Source: Toensbergia leucococca | Lineage: Eukaryota | Direction: 5' to 3' | Length of the DNA: 64,000 nucleotides | Assembly: GCA_022813965.1 (NCBI GenBank) | Contig: JALDZS010000044.1 | Location: forward strand, 62,001-126,000 | In this document: positions 48,786-60,759 of the stretch, piece after piece | Numbering within the stretch: the stretch's first letter is position 1 | Layout: the number at the start of each line of letters is the position of its first letter | Notes under the pieces: model-generated | Databases searched by the model: none | What the model saw: only the letters and a program-made list of their open reading frames with translations | Told to the model about the DNA's origin: nothing | Position numbers and translations under genes: made by a program

Positions 48786-51700
48786 CTATTGCGCAATCTT
48801 TAAAGGCGGCGAGCACCGCATAGCCTTCCACGCCATATCCACCCACCAGCTCATCAACTCCGCCACATTATCCTTCCCACTTAGAGTCTGGCTGAACGCG
48901 AACTGCCCATTCGAGAAAACGGTGGTAGTGTCATGTCCCATGATCACCATCACCGTATTCACCTGCGTCGGTGATATTACCAAACTACTTGGTGTGATAT
49001 CCGTCACACTCTTGTCGTCCCAGTTGACCCATGTGCCCCTCTCTGGATCCCAGAACGCATTGCCAAATAGGATGGCGGGTATGATGGGACCCTCTGGTGG
49101 TCCCTTGTGCGGATCCATATCGTACCACTTGCTGGCTGTGAAGGTGTAGACGGCTACGCTTTGGCCGTATGTTGATGGTGCGGTCTGGTAGATCCAAGGA
49201 TTGTTGACCTGGTAACTATTTGGTTCAGTGTGCGCTGGAATCACCAGGCCCGTGGCGCTAAGATTACCATCGCCATTGGCAATGGTAACATAGTTCTTCG
49301 CCCAAGGCTCTGACCAAATGATGTCAGAGCTTGATTGCAGTGCCCCAGCTGCTGAGCGAAAGTAAGTGGGTATGGTACTGATATTCGAGAACGTGAGCTT
49401 GCACCCACTCGGACCAGAGCGCGTAATCATTAGGCCAAGTATGGGGAGACTGGCGCTAGGATTGGCGGCGTTGCGGGCGTAGGAGCCGGTGGTGATAAGC
49501 TGACCGGCTTGGAAGATATAAATCCGATAGTTTTGCAGGTCGTTGTCAAGAAGGTAGAGATAAGAGATTGTGGAGGTCTTTGTGGGGGTCACCGTAGTCC
49601 ATTGGGCATTTTGCACTGTTATTGCATTCCCTCCAATCTGCCATACCACTGTTGCCTTTTCCGGGTCTTCGCCATTGTCATCGTAGTAGGGATTCCACAC
49701 CATACTTATAGCCTGGTCTGGTTGAGTATATGGCGCGAATGTGATGGGCGCTTGCGAGAATATAGACACATCGAATTGAAACATAATCCCGCCATTTTTG
49801 AACCATTGCTCCGTGGCCGGCATGTTGAGCCCCAATTTGAGAGGTGTCGTTGCACCCTGATATGCACCTGTGGCAGCTGACAATATCACAGCGTTGGGTA
49901 CCGATGAATAGTCATAATTCCAAAATGATGCATTATCGTTGCTGTCACCATCATCCACTGACCACTGAGAGGACGGCGACGCCAGGGTATAGTTTGTGAT
50001 GAGACATGCCTGATCAAAGTCATCAATAGTAGGATTTCTGACATTGATCGTTGCGGGAGGTGCAGCAATTTGAAGAGAGTTGACAAACATATAACACGTG
50101 TATGTTCCTGGACCCATGTCACTAGTGATAGTATATTCAACCGTAACTATCCCATGATCATCTGGCCCGACAGTTGCAGTCATCCAAGGACCTGTGTCTC
50201 TTTGCATTAGGATGACTTGAGCGTTCTCGAAACCGCCCATAGTCAATAGGCCGCCAGCGTCTGAGGTCGTCAACTGAAACCTCGCAGGCATGCCAACGAT
50301 AGCATTGGTCAGACCAGGTCCGGCAGCGGTAACCGTAGCAAAAGGCTGTTGCGATAAGGGGAACGTAATTGGTGAGCCTGCAATGGAAGCCCCGTTTACA
50401 GATAGTTGTAGTTGAGGCGCCGGAGTTTGCTCGGTGAAGGCGGCTGCTGGCAACATGATTGATATTGAATAGGAGCCGTCTAGGTTATCAATGACCGCCA
50501 AAGTAATAATCAAGGGGCAGTTCGGTGCAGAAAGCGTCTGTACGAGATCGCCACCTTCACGTCTACGTTGACCATTGTGATCAACTGCATAGAGCGTGAG
50601 TGTTGACTTATCAGTCTGAGATAATGTGTTCCAGGTTACGAAACACTGTCCAGGTTGCGTGGTCGATGGGTCTTGAAGAGGCACCAAATATAGGGATTGA
50701 TTGAATGCCCAAGAATTGAGCGGCTTTATCAACATAGCGAGGGGTTCCGAAGATGCTGAAGGTCTGAAGTACGTGAAGCCACTGAAACCATTCTCACTCC
50801 AGGCGACTTCACTTCGCGCATGCGAAAGAATGAGTTTGTAGTCTTGGTTAAAGCGCGGATTGAAATTGACACCGTACTGATCCTGCCCATCAACAGTAAC
50901 GGAAGTTTGATCATCGTGACCGGAATCCATGCCTGCTCCATATGGAGAAATAGAGGTGAGTTTCCTTGGGGCCTGTATAAGCAGATTCAGGGGAGATCCA
51001 ATGCACTGCTGCGTAGAGTCACTCGGGTTGTTGATGGCTAGGGTCGCAGTCGTGTTAGGATACGTGCTGCTAGAAAAAGCACTGAATGAAGCTGTCCCGT
51101 CACCATTATCATTATAGGTACCACCTGTGAAGCCCACTGGCCAGACCAGATTGAAAGTATTATTTGGAATCGCCTGATACCATCGGGATCCAAGATTGTC
51201 ACAAACCACAATCTGACCAACCAGCTGGTCACCTGCGGCAATCACTCCCGCGGGACCAAGAGTGCTGGCAACAGTGAAGGTCGACTTGGTAATAGAAGGA
51301 CTGACAGCCACTGTTGTTGAGGTCAATTTAAATGGTGCAGCGTTGAGGAGCACGTCATTCAAGGTGATGTATATCGAATAAGTACCCGCTGAAGGTCTTG
51401 TATAGGATACGGTCACTGTGCTGCCAGCGATAGCATACGGGAGGAGAAGCGGATCAGCTTGAGATCCATCGACAGAGAGGGTAATGTAGAGCCTGACTTT
51501 CTCGTTCGCGACGGGCGTGTACGGGTTCCCACCTTGGTCTTTTAGACCGATGTAGAAACTGACAAGGCCGTTTGCGACCCCTGAGCAGAGACCTTCCCCA
51601 TATTCTGTACATTCATTCGGATCCAGGGCGTTCACTCCAGCTATGGTGCACGCTCTTGGCTGACTGTTAGTGTCCGAAGGGTCTATGATCGTTAGGGTAT

Positions 51701-54700
51701 ATGATCCAACAGCAGCTAGAGTGTATTGTAGAAGCAGAGAGTCATTGCGTATGACAAACCCTTTAGTTTGATCATACGTAGCACCAGGAAAGCTCACACC
51801 AAGAGTTGGTGCGGCTCCTGGCCCTAGACGTGGCTGTCCATATTGGTCTCGAGGCGTCAGAGTGATCAAGCCTTGGACATTGACACCAATACTTTGCGGA
51901 TAGTCGATCGTGGATTGTGCCAGAGAAAAGACGCTGGCCTGTGCTTGAATCGTGCTTTGATAATCATACTCAAGATTCGGCGTCAATCCCGTGTACAAGA
52001 CCCTCATTGCTGATGGATTGGCAGGGCGCTGGTAGTTTGTAGAGACCCCACTGGCAATTGCAGTCCAAATCACTTGAAGTGCGCTCCAAGATTGATCGCC
52101 TCCCTGGACCTGAACAGCAAGTTGCGTTGAATCGAAGGGTTGCAGATACTTGTTGTTCTTATCATTGGGATACACAACCAACGAGCAGCTGGTATTTGAG
52201 GGGCCGGCTGATAAGGCGCTGCCGCCAACCACCAAGTAAGAGCTTGTGTGTCCTCCGCCGCCTCCATTGTTGGACGGATCATCGTTGCCCCCTCCTCCCC
52301 CACCACCAGATCCGTCGTCGCCGAAGATACTGTCTAAGATTCCGCTGAGAATCTCTTTCGCAACTCCAAGGGCAGCCAGCTGCGGCGAGGTCAGCATTAA
52401 TGAAAATCACAGGGACTGGGTCAACTTACGCCGGCAAAAATATCGGCGGCGATGTCCGCCAGCCCAGCAAACTCAGCAAGTTCTGCCATAAACTCAGACA
52501 GCTCTGTCAATACATCTGCCAATTCCTCGATGTCCTTGAGAAGATTGTACAGTCTTTGAGCCATCTGGTATGCCTCTTTAATGTCTATTCCAAATACCCG
52601 AAATGGGCCATCCGCCAAATCATAGCTCAAGTCAATCGGTACTCCGAGTAGACTAGCACAACGTTAACTTTGCCTCCTGCCTAGACGGGAACAAGAAAAA
52701 CATACTAAGCAGTCCCGGCCAACTGACCCTCTGCTTCAAAGCCACCGCCTTCACGACTCACAGACACAATGAGCCTCGGATTCGTCATCGCCGCGATTTT
52801 CGGCAAAGTGTCGGAAAGATTCCAGTCGAAGCAGGTCGCAACGAAGCTCCCGCTTCCATCGTCCCAGTCCATGGTCAGAGTCAAGGACTTCAGGATGTGG
52901 ATATTGAGAATCTCTGGTGGGTCCCAGTAGCCGGCGGTGGCAATATACAGGAAACTGGATACCGTGCATGCACTGGTGTCCACGAAGCCTTCAAGTTGTT
53001 TGCTAGTCACTGTCAACGAGCATGGAACACTGGGCGTGCCGGAAAAGCCAGATGGGGGCTTGAAGCCGAAATTGATGCCCATGATCACTGAGAGCTGTGA
53101 ACTTGTGCGCAGATTGTTTAGAGCAAGCATCAAGTACAGATCCTCGGCCCAGAGCACATCGCTGACCATCGCCCAATGGTTCTTGCTACTTGCGACCTTG
53201 AGGTATAAATTGTCTGCATACCAGGAAGAGTCACGCTTGAAGACTATGCCGGCGCTGACACAGTCCAGGGTCTCATAATTTGAGAGACCTGAATCTGCGG
53301 TCACGTCAGGCGCGTTGTTGAGGCCTCCATTCGAAACTTGATTCACGAGCTGTAGAGGCTCTAATGGTGTCATTATCACGACTGACAGTGTTGAAATATC
53401 TGTAAGGGTGATTGTGACGTTGACCGTCACTCCCGATATGACTGCAGATCCAAACACGGTGATTGTAGTAGTACTGGGGCTCGTTGTAAAATCGTACTTC
53501 GCGCTCAAGCTCAAGCTGGTGACGCTGATTGGTCCTAGATTCCAAGTCGTGAGATTAGTGGCGCTGACTTCAACGTCCAAGGTAGCGAGGCCCCATGAGC
53601 CTGTGTTGTCCTTCTTGCACGTAATCGTTGTGGACGCCGAATAGCCATCATTCAAAACCGGACAGTCTTGCGGAACCGTCACAGGAGCGCCTATGAGAGC
53701 GTTGACGGCGTCCTGGAAATTCGAAGCACTGACGATGATTTTGACCGAGTTAGAAGTCCCATCTCCTCCAGCCGTCGCGGTGATGGCAGCATTAATGAAA
53801 GTCGTTGAACCAATCACTATTGTGGTTCCGGCAGAGAACTGAATGAGTCTCTGTGGGGAGCTTGGATTGGTGATCTGAAGATAAAGGATGCTGCTGGTGA
53901 TGCTCAGCTTATTTGGGATGATGGTCCATGCCTCTGCTTGAGTAAGCTGGGCAGAGAACGCGGAAAGTGTCCAGACATTCGAGATATTTTTGACAGTCAA
54001 AGCGCACTGCGCGACAGGTTTTCCAAGCAGCGCAGATGTTGACAGTCCCAATTCGGACGGTAAAACCTTAGCACTTGGATCGTTCTGGACAGCGTTTGAG
54101 TCTGCGCCAATCAATGGCATGGAAAGAAAGGTGGAAATTGGCACATCATTGGTTGGCGCTCCTAGATAGTAGGCACTCACGCTGGCTGTGAACAGCCCAG
54201 ATTGCTCCTTCGTATTGTACAAGATCATCGCAGCGAGTACCACATTATATTGAGTGTTGTTGACTGTGCTGAGATCTGATGACACCACTCCCAGTAGCTG
54301 AGCGAAATAGCTGATCTTATTGTTAGTTGCGGGAGTTCCTGGTACCACAATAATCTTGAGAGCGACTTGGGTTAAATTGACATTGCTGAATATTTGCCAG
54401 CTACCCATTACTTGAAGAGATGCTTCCATGTTCACGATACTGGTGATGTAATTCATTAGAGCATCAGGTGTTTGATTGACGCGAACCAAGACATTGGCAT
54501 TGATTGATGTGATGGTATCAGAGACAGTGACATCACCAGGCGCGGAGGATGGTAGAATCCAATTGCTGTCTGCTGGCGGAGAGTCTCCTAGGAATTTGGT
54601 ACTGCTGAATATGGTGCTCGGGCTGACTCCAGCACTCGCTGTTGGGTCGTATGAGACGCTGAGACCCACCAAAAAGTCTCGTGTGCTAGAGAATTGGCTA

Positions 54701-56468
54701 ATGCCAGCCACGAAAGCAAAAACATCTACGCTGTCAGAAATAGTGACAGATCCATAGCCGTAGCCTTTGACAACGGATGGTAGGGTTGAAGAGGTTGGAT
54801 TCGTAATGTCAAAATAGATGCCCATGGCACCAACAGTCAGGAAGGACGTGATCTGCCAGTCGAGCTGGAAATTGGCCCAAAGCGAAAGACGAAACAAGTC
54901 TGATCCAATGAATGTCAACACACATTTGGCGCCACTACTCCCAGCAGCTGATATGCACCATGTAAGATCCACGGGAGCACTGTTAGGCACGTTTGTTCCA
55001 GCGGTAACGGCATTGATATCTCGAGGTGATCCATTGGGCGGGTTGAGCATTGCATCCGCGGCAATTTGCTGTAAATTGACGCTTTGCGTGTCGCCCACAA
55101 CGGCTGTAATTACGGTCTGACTGGTGGGTGGATTTCCTACAGCTGACTGATAAGTGACAACGGCTGCGAGTGGTAGATTGAAGAGAACAAGCTTCCCTCC
55201 AAGAGCAGCCGAAAAGTCTAACGGCATATCTGAGGGTTGTTTGTCGGACGTTGGCGGCTCACGGCTTGCAAGGTACTGGAAGTATAGCTCTTGCAGCGCA
55301 ATGTTAACGCCCTCAATCGGAAAGAAGCTGTCCGTCTGCCAAAATAGTCTTGTGTTTGCGTTCTGGATATACCAGCCATTGGTGTCTTTCTGAAAAATTA
55401 TTGCTGCCTCAAATGGATCTTCATCCTCGTCGCTTGTTGGGTCCGCGTCCGGAGGGACAACCAAGTCAGCGTCAAGTTTATCGCCTGTTCCCGCCCCAAT
55501 GAATTGATCCAGAAGCGCCTCAGGTGCGCTCCCACTTGATGGTCCAGCTGTGACAGCGAGACTGATTGATGGCATATCTCCAAGTGAAATCTCGCCTGAG
55601 GCTTGTAGCTTGGTGTCTTGAACCACAACTGTTGCGTCAATGTCCATTGTTGCTGTCCAAGGGCTTGAAGATGTCGGATGATCCAGAACAAGTCCCAGGG
55701 CCACCCCGGTCAATGCGACTGCTCCTGGAACGATGGTCCAATTGATATCGCTTGCAAAGCCCACCTCTATCCGTTGAAGGAATATGGATCCTTTAGCGGG
55801 CTTAGTTATGTAAATCAATGCGCCTGTAGAGAAACTGGTTCCAGCGGTTGAACTTTCATCTTCTACCTGGCTACCCAAATCGCTTCCCAGCTTGTCGGTT
55901 GCTTCGTACAATCAGTATTGAGATGTGAGCAGGCTTGATACGACAAACATACCATTAGAGAAGACGTAACCTTGGTTCGTCAAAGCGCCTACAAATGCAT
56001 TTGGATCCAGTGAGGGCAAAGTCGACTCAAGCTGGATTAATAAAATGAAGGTCACGTCTTCATTGGTGCTGAGTCGAGGGATCCTCCCTGTCACCGTGAA
56101 ATCAAAATCGCCAATCGTGGCCGTCGCCGACAACTCGACAAACAGAGCAGCTAACCGCCGTCAGGCTTGCACACTGTACACGCAAGAGCTAGAGCTTTAC
56201 CGGGTGCATTCTTAGACTTCTCTATAGCCACTTTAAGGGTGATACCCGTCAATATTAAGCCCTCGAAGAGAGTCCACTGCGTAGTTAAATATACTTCAAT
56301 ACCCGCGTAGATGTGGTAGTCCAATGCAACAGAAGGAGCAGGAGCCGGTGATGACGTGGTATAAGCAAATCCCAGATTGGCTTGTGCTTTGTCCAGCAGC
56401 CCATCAACGGCGGTCTCAACCGCGGCGATGTCTGAATCATCGATGGTTGGCTCGCCGCTCTCGCTCAT
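48786..56468 (-). CDS. Giant (~2492 aa) beta-rich repeat protein with filamin-type Ig repeats, function unknown
   Basis: Exons 56468-56201, 56150-55953, 55901-52706, 52652-52430 and 52379-48786 join in frame via four 50-53 nt GT..AG introns (7479 nt = 2493 codons including stop). Filamin-like motifs include DPNECTEYGEGL..SFYIGLKDQGG..VSYTRPSAGTYSIYITLN..APF. Confidence 0.85.
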
Positions 56469-57942
56469 GATGATATTTAGGGATCGGCCGGGAGATGCGA
56501 TGACACAGACGTTGCTCAAGGGCGAGACGGAATCTCATGGATGTCGAGCACGGAGACGGCGTGAAGTATCCCTTATGATATCCATACACCGGGGCCTCTA
56601 TGGGAAGATTGCCATGGCTTAAAGACCCTGAGAACTCAAGAATGGGAGAAGAATGTCGAAGGACTTGAGATAACTTGACATTTATCCTCCTCTTTACCAG
56701 ATTCTTTCCGTGGCCGGATGGCGAGCTATCCTTTGAGGGAATTATTCCGTCAGAGAAATCAGCATGCGACGCCAGACCTTGATCAGTGATACGGACTAGA
56801 CAATGGCATGATTTTAGACTCCTCGAATTGAGGCCAGATACGGCCGTTTACGAAGATGCTGCGGTCCAGGCAGGTCCATTTAGCTCTCTTTACAAGGGGA
56901 CACAGGCGCCACAAAACTCACCAGAAGATAAATTGAATGCATCTCCAGTGTAGGCTTGTTCTCCTCACCCCATGGTGGTAATGACAGCGCATCCGTTTCC
57001 GCGTGGCTTGTCACCAGGAGGACAGAACGTGGGGGAAATCATCATGCCATTGTTTGCCATCTTTTCCGGGGCGGAGATGTCCTTCCCATTGACGATGTGG
57101 CTTGCATGATGAAGCTCGCAGTCTGAACTCAAAGTGCCATCATGTGTTCGAGCCAGGCTTAGGCGGCTTTATGGTGTCTTATTGTTGCAATAAGGGATCT
57201 GCCCAGGATCATGAGAGAAGCTTTTCGATGCTACAGCGACATGGCTGCTGTGGCACGTCTGTCGGGGTGCTTATGCGAGGCTAACATCATTATTAGCTCT
57301 AGCATTCAATTGCCCTTCTCTAAATTTGCAACGATCTCACCAAATTCCTGCTGTGCGAAATTGCTGATATCCCGCATTTTGACATGAAGAACTTACCGTG
57401 CCTACCTACCTATGTAGTGTGTGTCAACCCACGTCGTCGGGCGACTATTTAGACCCTTCCGCATTAGCCAACCGCTATTTTACGCCATCTCGCCAGTGAT
57501 GGCTATTTGAGGAAAAGCATTTAAATTGATTGCATGGCAATTGCTTATGATTCTTCCCTGGTAGCATAGGTAGCATAGGTAGCTTGATTAGATCTTTGCG
57601 CTACCTTAGCTATGGAGATGATGCGGGGTCCCATCTCTGCACGTCGTGATGGTGATGTAAATTCAATCTCAGCTTCGGCGGTTTGTTCTGGGCCACGCCA
57701 CCGCCAGTTCGGTGGTGCCTGACACGGACACCCCGCGTTGACTAATACTCAATACATCGTGGGCTGATGGATAGGGTCAGACCAGAGCTTGATCCAGGTC
57801 GTCATGGTCTGGTCCTGGATGTCTACCTCTGCTTCTGCACAGGCACTGAAAGCTTGTCGTCCGGCAGAAGGCTCAATCCTCTCACCAACAACTTCTCATT
57901 GAAACGACATCAGACCAACTACGGCGCTGGATCTTCGCAATC

Positions 57943-60262
57943 ATGACGGCTCCGACAGTCCAAAAAATGTCCTTTGACGACGACATAATCGCGGTGAGCC
58001 TGACCTCTAACTGCGTTCTCCGCAGTATCATTCGTTGCACTCTGGATCTCAACTTAGCTGATTTGAATGTTGTTCTCTAAAGCCTTTGGCCCAAGTCACA
58101 GTGATCGACGGCAATGAGGGCGATTGCAACGTGGTCGACTTCTGCAGGCTCCCATTAATGAGCGGTGCTTATCAAGACGGGTCATGGCGACGGACCGTCA
58201 TCGACACTGGCCCCAGTGGTGGATTCAGCAAAACCATCGGCCAAGCTATCACCAATACCCTTGTGAATGTGACGACCAATCTGAGGTTCCCTAAACTCGA
58301 TAGTCAGACATCGTGGGGTCTCACACCATCCGTAAGCGAACTACAGGTACGTAAGCTAAATGCGCGTGAGCTTGCTTTAATTAGAGGTTTGAAATTTGTA
58401 TGTCGGGATGCCTACCTCAGATTGTTGACAAAAAACGGATGGACAGATCACGCATCCTGACGATGACCACATCGGGAACGCTTCCGCATACGTAGATGAG
58501 ATGTGCAACAATTACCTGAAATACATTAAGAGGGCAACCGTTGCATTTTGTCAGATACCTGACCTCTATTGCAAGCCGACGATCAGGGAGGGACCCATTG
58601 AACAAGATAACCTGAATTCTCAATATGTATGTTCACGTACCTACACTGCAATCATAGATGATGCGTGGCAAAGGAAGATGAAGCAAGCTGGATTTATAGT
58701 CCGTGTTTTCTGCTATCCGGCTCTCGATTCAGTTCGTGAGTGGGATCTGACAACAGACTATGCTGTATGGGATGATGATACCCAGGCTTACGCCGGTGCT
58801 GAAGATCATTGCACAATCTACTATATCCAGAAAGGGGCCAAGCAGCCACTGACCTTCAACCTTATTGCTTCAATCTCCGTCTACCTGCCTGATGGCGACC
58901 TCTTTTCGATAGCAACGCAAAAATCTGAGACCAACAAGAAGGGCGTAACGACGAAGTGGTATCAAGCCACAGTTTCACGCAACAAGAAAGCTCTCGGCTC
59001 TTTCTTCAAAGTCATTCCTTTAACAGCGGCGCAACAGACAAATTTAGACATCAAAGAGTCACATACGATCGATTCTGGTGACTGGTTGGCTGCAGGGAAA
59101 AAGCTGAAGGGTGGCGGACTGGGGTCATCTTTACTAATGGGAAATTCTGTTGTGCTGAATACAAAGGTTCAACCACCGTTGGTCAGGTCCGTTCAGCAAG
59201 TTGTGAGTCTTGGTACCAAGATTCAGGAAATGAACAAAGATCCCAATATCAATGCCAAACTTAGGCCGCTTGTCCGGTATCAAGGTACATAAATCTCACT
59301 GAAGACGAGTATTCGCTCTAAGCCAAGCCCTAGGAATGATCACCCGACCAGTATTGCAAAAGAAATTAAACAAAGAATCAGGACAACAATACACAATCGG
59401 TCCTTCGACACGTCTATACCAAAACATGATGCGAGACATCATGCTCAACCGCTACGCGCTCGACGCCGTCGGCGCTCTCAACGACGCCTCATCAGACAAC
59501 ACGGTCGAAGGCGACGTGATCAACCGATCTTCAACCGTCACCATGTTCGAACGTCATGACCAGAGCAGCACTCCCCCCGTGGAATTCTCCATGCTCTTCA
59601 CCGGGGACGCATTCGACGCTTCGTGCGATATTCGCGATACGTTGATCTCTTGGAACCCGGGCGTTGCCACGCCGGGCCTGCAGTTGGACGTGCTCAAAAT
59701 TCCTCATCATGGGTCGGACCGCACGGCGGACTCGGGGTTCTACCTGTATTGCCGTGCTTATGTTTATATCGTTAGTGGGGATCATGCGAATACGTCTGGC
59801 AATCCGAAGGTGTCGACTTTGAAGGCCATTGTCAGCAGCTTTAAAGGCAAGAGCGTAAGTGGCCTGCCCCTCTATCCCCAAACCCATCCCCACTTTTTCA
59901 AGCACATCTTTCCAGCAGCTGCCGCCCTCCTACCTAACCCCACACATCTCATTTCATAATTATCTGACTGACTGGTCAAGGCCCCCGGATCCCAACCCTT
60001 TCGCTTATTCTTCAGCAACGTGAACGCCGACCAAGATTGGACCTCGGGCGGTAAAGCACAGACATCATCCCGATCGGCAGCAAAGGCGCTGCTTGCCGAC
60101 CCAGAGTTCAAGCCGAGCTTGACTTACAATTACGAGATGTACAAGCTCAAGACACAGTCCAACACCAGCTATGCTGCTTGTGGCTCCATACTGTTCGGCA
60201 AGGATGATAATGGGGACTTGAAGACAACGTGGGACACAAACAGTTGGGTTAAGATGACTTAA
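57943..60262 (+). CDS. ComEC/Rec2-type metallo-beta-lactamase-fold hydrolase (~651 aa)
   Basis: Exons 57943-57993, 58083-58346, 58447-59284, 59334-59854 and 59981-60262 join in frame (1956 nt). Motifs: GNEGDC, VIDTGP, ITHPDDDHIGN, INRSS, MLFTGDA, DVLKIPHHGS, IVSG. Confidence 0.87.
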
Positions 60263-60759
60263 AAATAAGAAGGATCAACTACTCTACTTGGTAGATATGC
60301 ACAAGCATACAAAACACGTTCTACGTGTCTAGCTATAACTTCTTCTGACTAATAAATGCAGTTGGCGCCATACTGACAAAGGGATAAGTAGGCCAAATTT
60401 TCTTTGGGATTAGGCAGCGGGATGATCCTGCAAAGATCACACGTACATGTGGGAGCTCACCCAGATTTATCGTCATAAAGCGGCGCTCACCCCAAGCCTA
60501 GACGAGCTGCAGCTCGGGGCACAATTCTGTCTTCTTGGCGGACCAAGATAGATGATGAGTCAAAATCAACCCGTCAATTCAAATCATGACAATAAAATCT
60601 CAGAGTTCTCTTGTGTAACTATCAATGATGTATGATTCGAGGAATCAAGCTGAACTGCTGTGTATGATGTTTGAGCTCAATTGCTGACTTTTGTACTGTA
60701 TATTAAGGTAATGATTTTATGAAATATGACTGATGTTATCACTGCCCTCATCACTGTAC

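Noticed and set aside
48786..56519. Five separate genes, as the ORF track suggests
   Set aside because: Four canonical 50-53 nt introns join all the pieces in frame into one CDS.
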